Source: a virus. From it: DNA of 64,000 nt. The stretch's first letter is position 1, and each line of letters starts with the position of its first letter. The notes below the pieces were generated by a model that did no database searches, was not told the origin of the DNA, and worked only from the letters and a program-made list of their open reading frames with translations. A program made the position numbers and the translations under genes. Below, in pieces: positions 63,555 through 64,000 of the stretch. The DNA is taken from positions 126,529 to 190,528 of the IMG/VR virus record IMGVR_UViG_3300020595_003017; one strand, written 5' to 3'.

Positions 63555-64000
63555 TGGTGCGGATTGCACATTTCGGGGACACCCACATCAAAAATCTGAA
63601 ATACCATTATGAGTATCGTCAGGCATTTGAGGAAATTTACCAGACCCTGCGAGAGCAGGACGTAGACTATATTGTTCACACAGGCGATTTGGCTCATACA
63701 AAGACACAACTCTCGCCAGAGTATTTTGAACTGGCCACAGAGTTCTTGAAGAACTTGGCGGACATCGCCGAGACTCACATCATCCTTGGCAATCATGACG
63801 GCAACCTCAGGAACAGCAGTCGCCAAGATGCCATCACTCCAATCGTTGACGCTCTTGACCACGCAAGTCTTATCCTTCACAAGTATTCTGGTGAGGTTCA
63901 ATTGGAAGACGACTTGACTATTAACGTTTTGTCAATCTTTGACGAGACCAACTGGCAAGACCCAACTGACCCAGAAGCTATCAACATCGCCCTTTATCAC
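63554..64000 (+). CDS. sbcD: SbcD/Mre11 (T4 gp47-like) metallophosphoesterase nuclease; 3' partial, not in the supplied ORF track
   Basis: MVRIAHFGDTH, IVHTGDLAH, ILGNHD motifs; AAGGAG RBS; the frame runs off the window end. Confidence 0.85.
   Translation, partial: MVRIAHFGDTHIKNLKYHYEYRQAFEEIYQTLREQDVDYIVHTGDLAHTKTQLSPEYFELATEFLKNLADIAETHIILGNHDGNLRNSSRQDAITPIVDALDHASLILHKYSGEVQLEDDLTINVLSIFDETNWQDPTDPEAINIALYH

Noticed and set aside
1297-63901. All minus-strand ORFs and short alternative-frame plus-strand ORFs in the supplied track
   Set aside because: They lie within longer motif-bearing plus-strand genes, show no recognisable motifs, and are expected antisense or shadow frames.
1-64000. 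Stop-codon recoding (alternative genetic code)
   Set aside because: TAA, TAG and TGA all terminate genes at sensible boundaries, and multi-kilobase ORFs are intact in the standard code.
1-64000. tRNA, rRNA, self-splicing introns, inteins, diversity-generating retroelement
   Set aside because: Intergenic gaps are nearly all under about 110 nt with no cloverleaf seen. No intein or homing-endonuclease motifs, reverse transcriptase, or template/variable repeat pair was noticed. A tRNAscan/Infernal run would be needed to be certain.

Overview
A 64-kb segment of a large tailed (myovirus-type) bacteriophage genome. Every gene I can support is on the + strand and reads in the standard code. Four blocks. 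(1) 1-14.3 kb: a 15-gene sugar/glycan cluster (transketolase-like partial gene, epimerase, RfbH-type 3-dehydrase, RmlB, GT10-like transferase, StrG-like oxygenase, short DegT, B12 radical SAM, Nudix, DUF115/Maf-like, NeuA, NeuB-cupin, sugar C-methyltransferase, Fcl, Gmd). (2) 14.3-16 kb: small ORFs and a gp55-like sigma factor. (3) 16-50.5 kb: baseplate and virion structural genes (GH24-like lysozyme, spike-like protein, gp25, gp6/baseplate J, giants of 1986 and 3543 aa, paralogous fibre-anchor-like proteins). (4) 50.5-64 kb: replication/recombination genes (RuvC-like, HAD nucleotidase, primase, SbcD-like) interleaved with the most striking feature. This is a library of about 15 genes sharing one of two short N-terminal leaders (MKITKSQLRKIIKEE-type or MKKLLTEWRKFLKE-type), each fused to unrelated cargo: HExxH peptidase-like, two GNAT-like, Cys-His-Asp enzyme-like, RNase-like, ParB-like and basic Cys-rich modules. 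The leaders end in L/I-x-E sites reminiscent of the T4 capsid-targeting sequence. Fossil leader junctions inside two genes point to cassette fusion or shuffling. Also notable: a PDZ-less RseP next to a single-pass membrane protein, a 33-aa nine-cysteine peptide missing from the ORF track, a YfhL-type ferredoxin, and a recurring CTATTTA motif upstream of genes. All functional calls come from motif reading by eye; no database searches were run.
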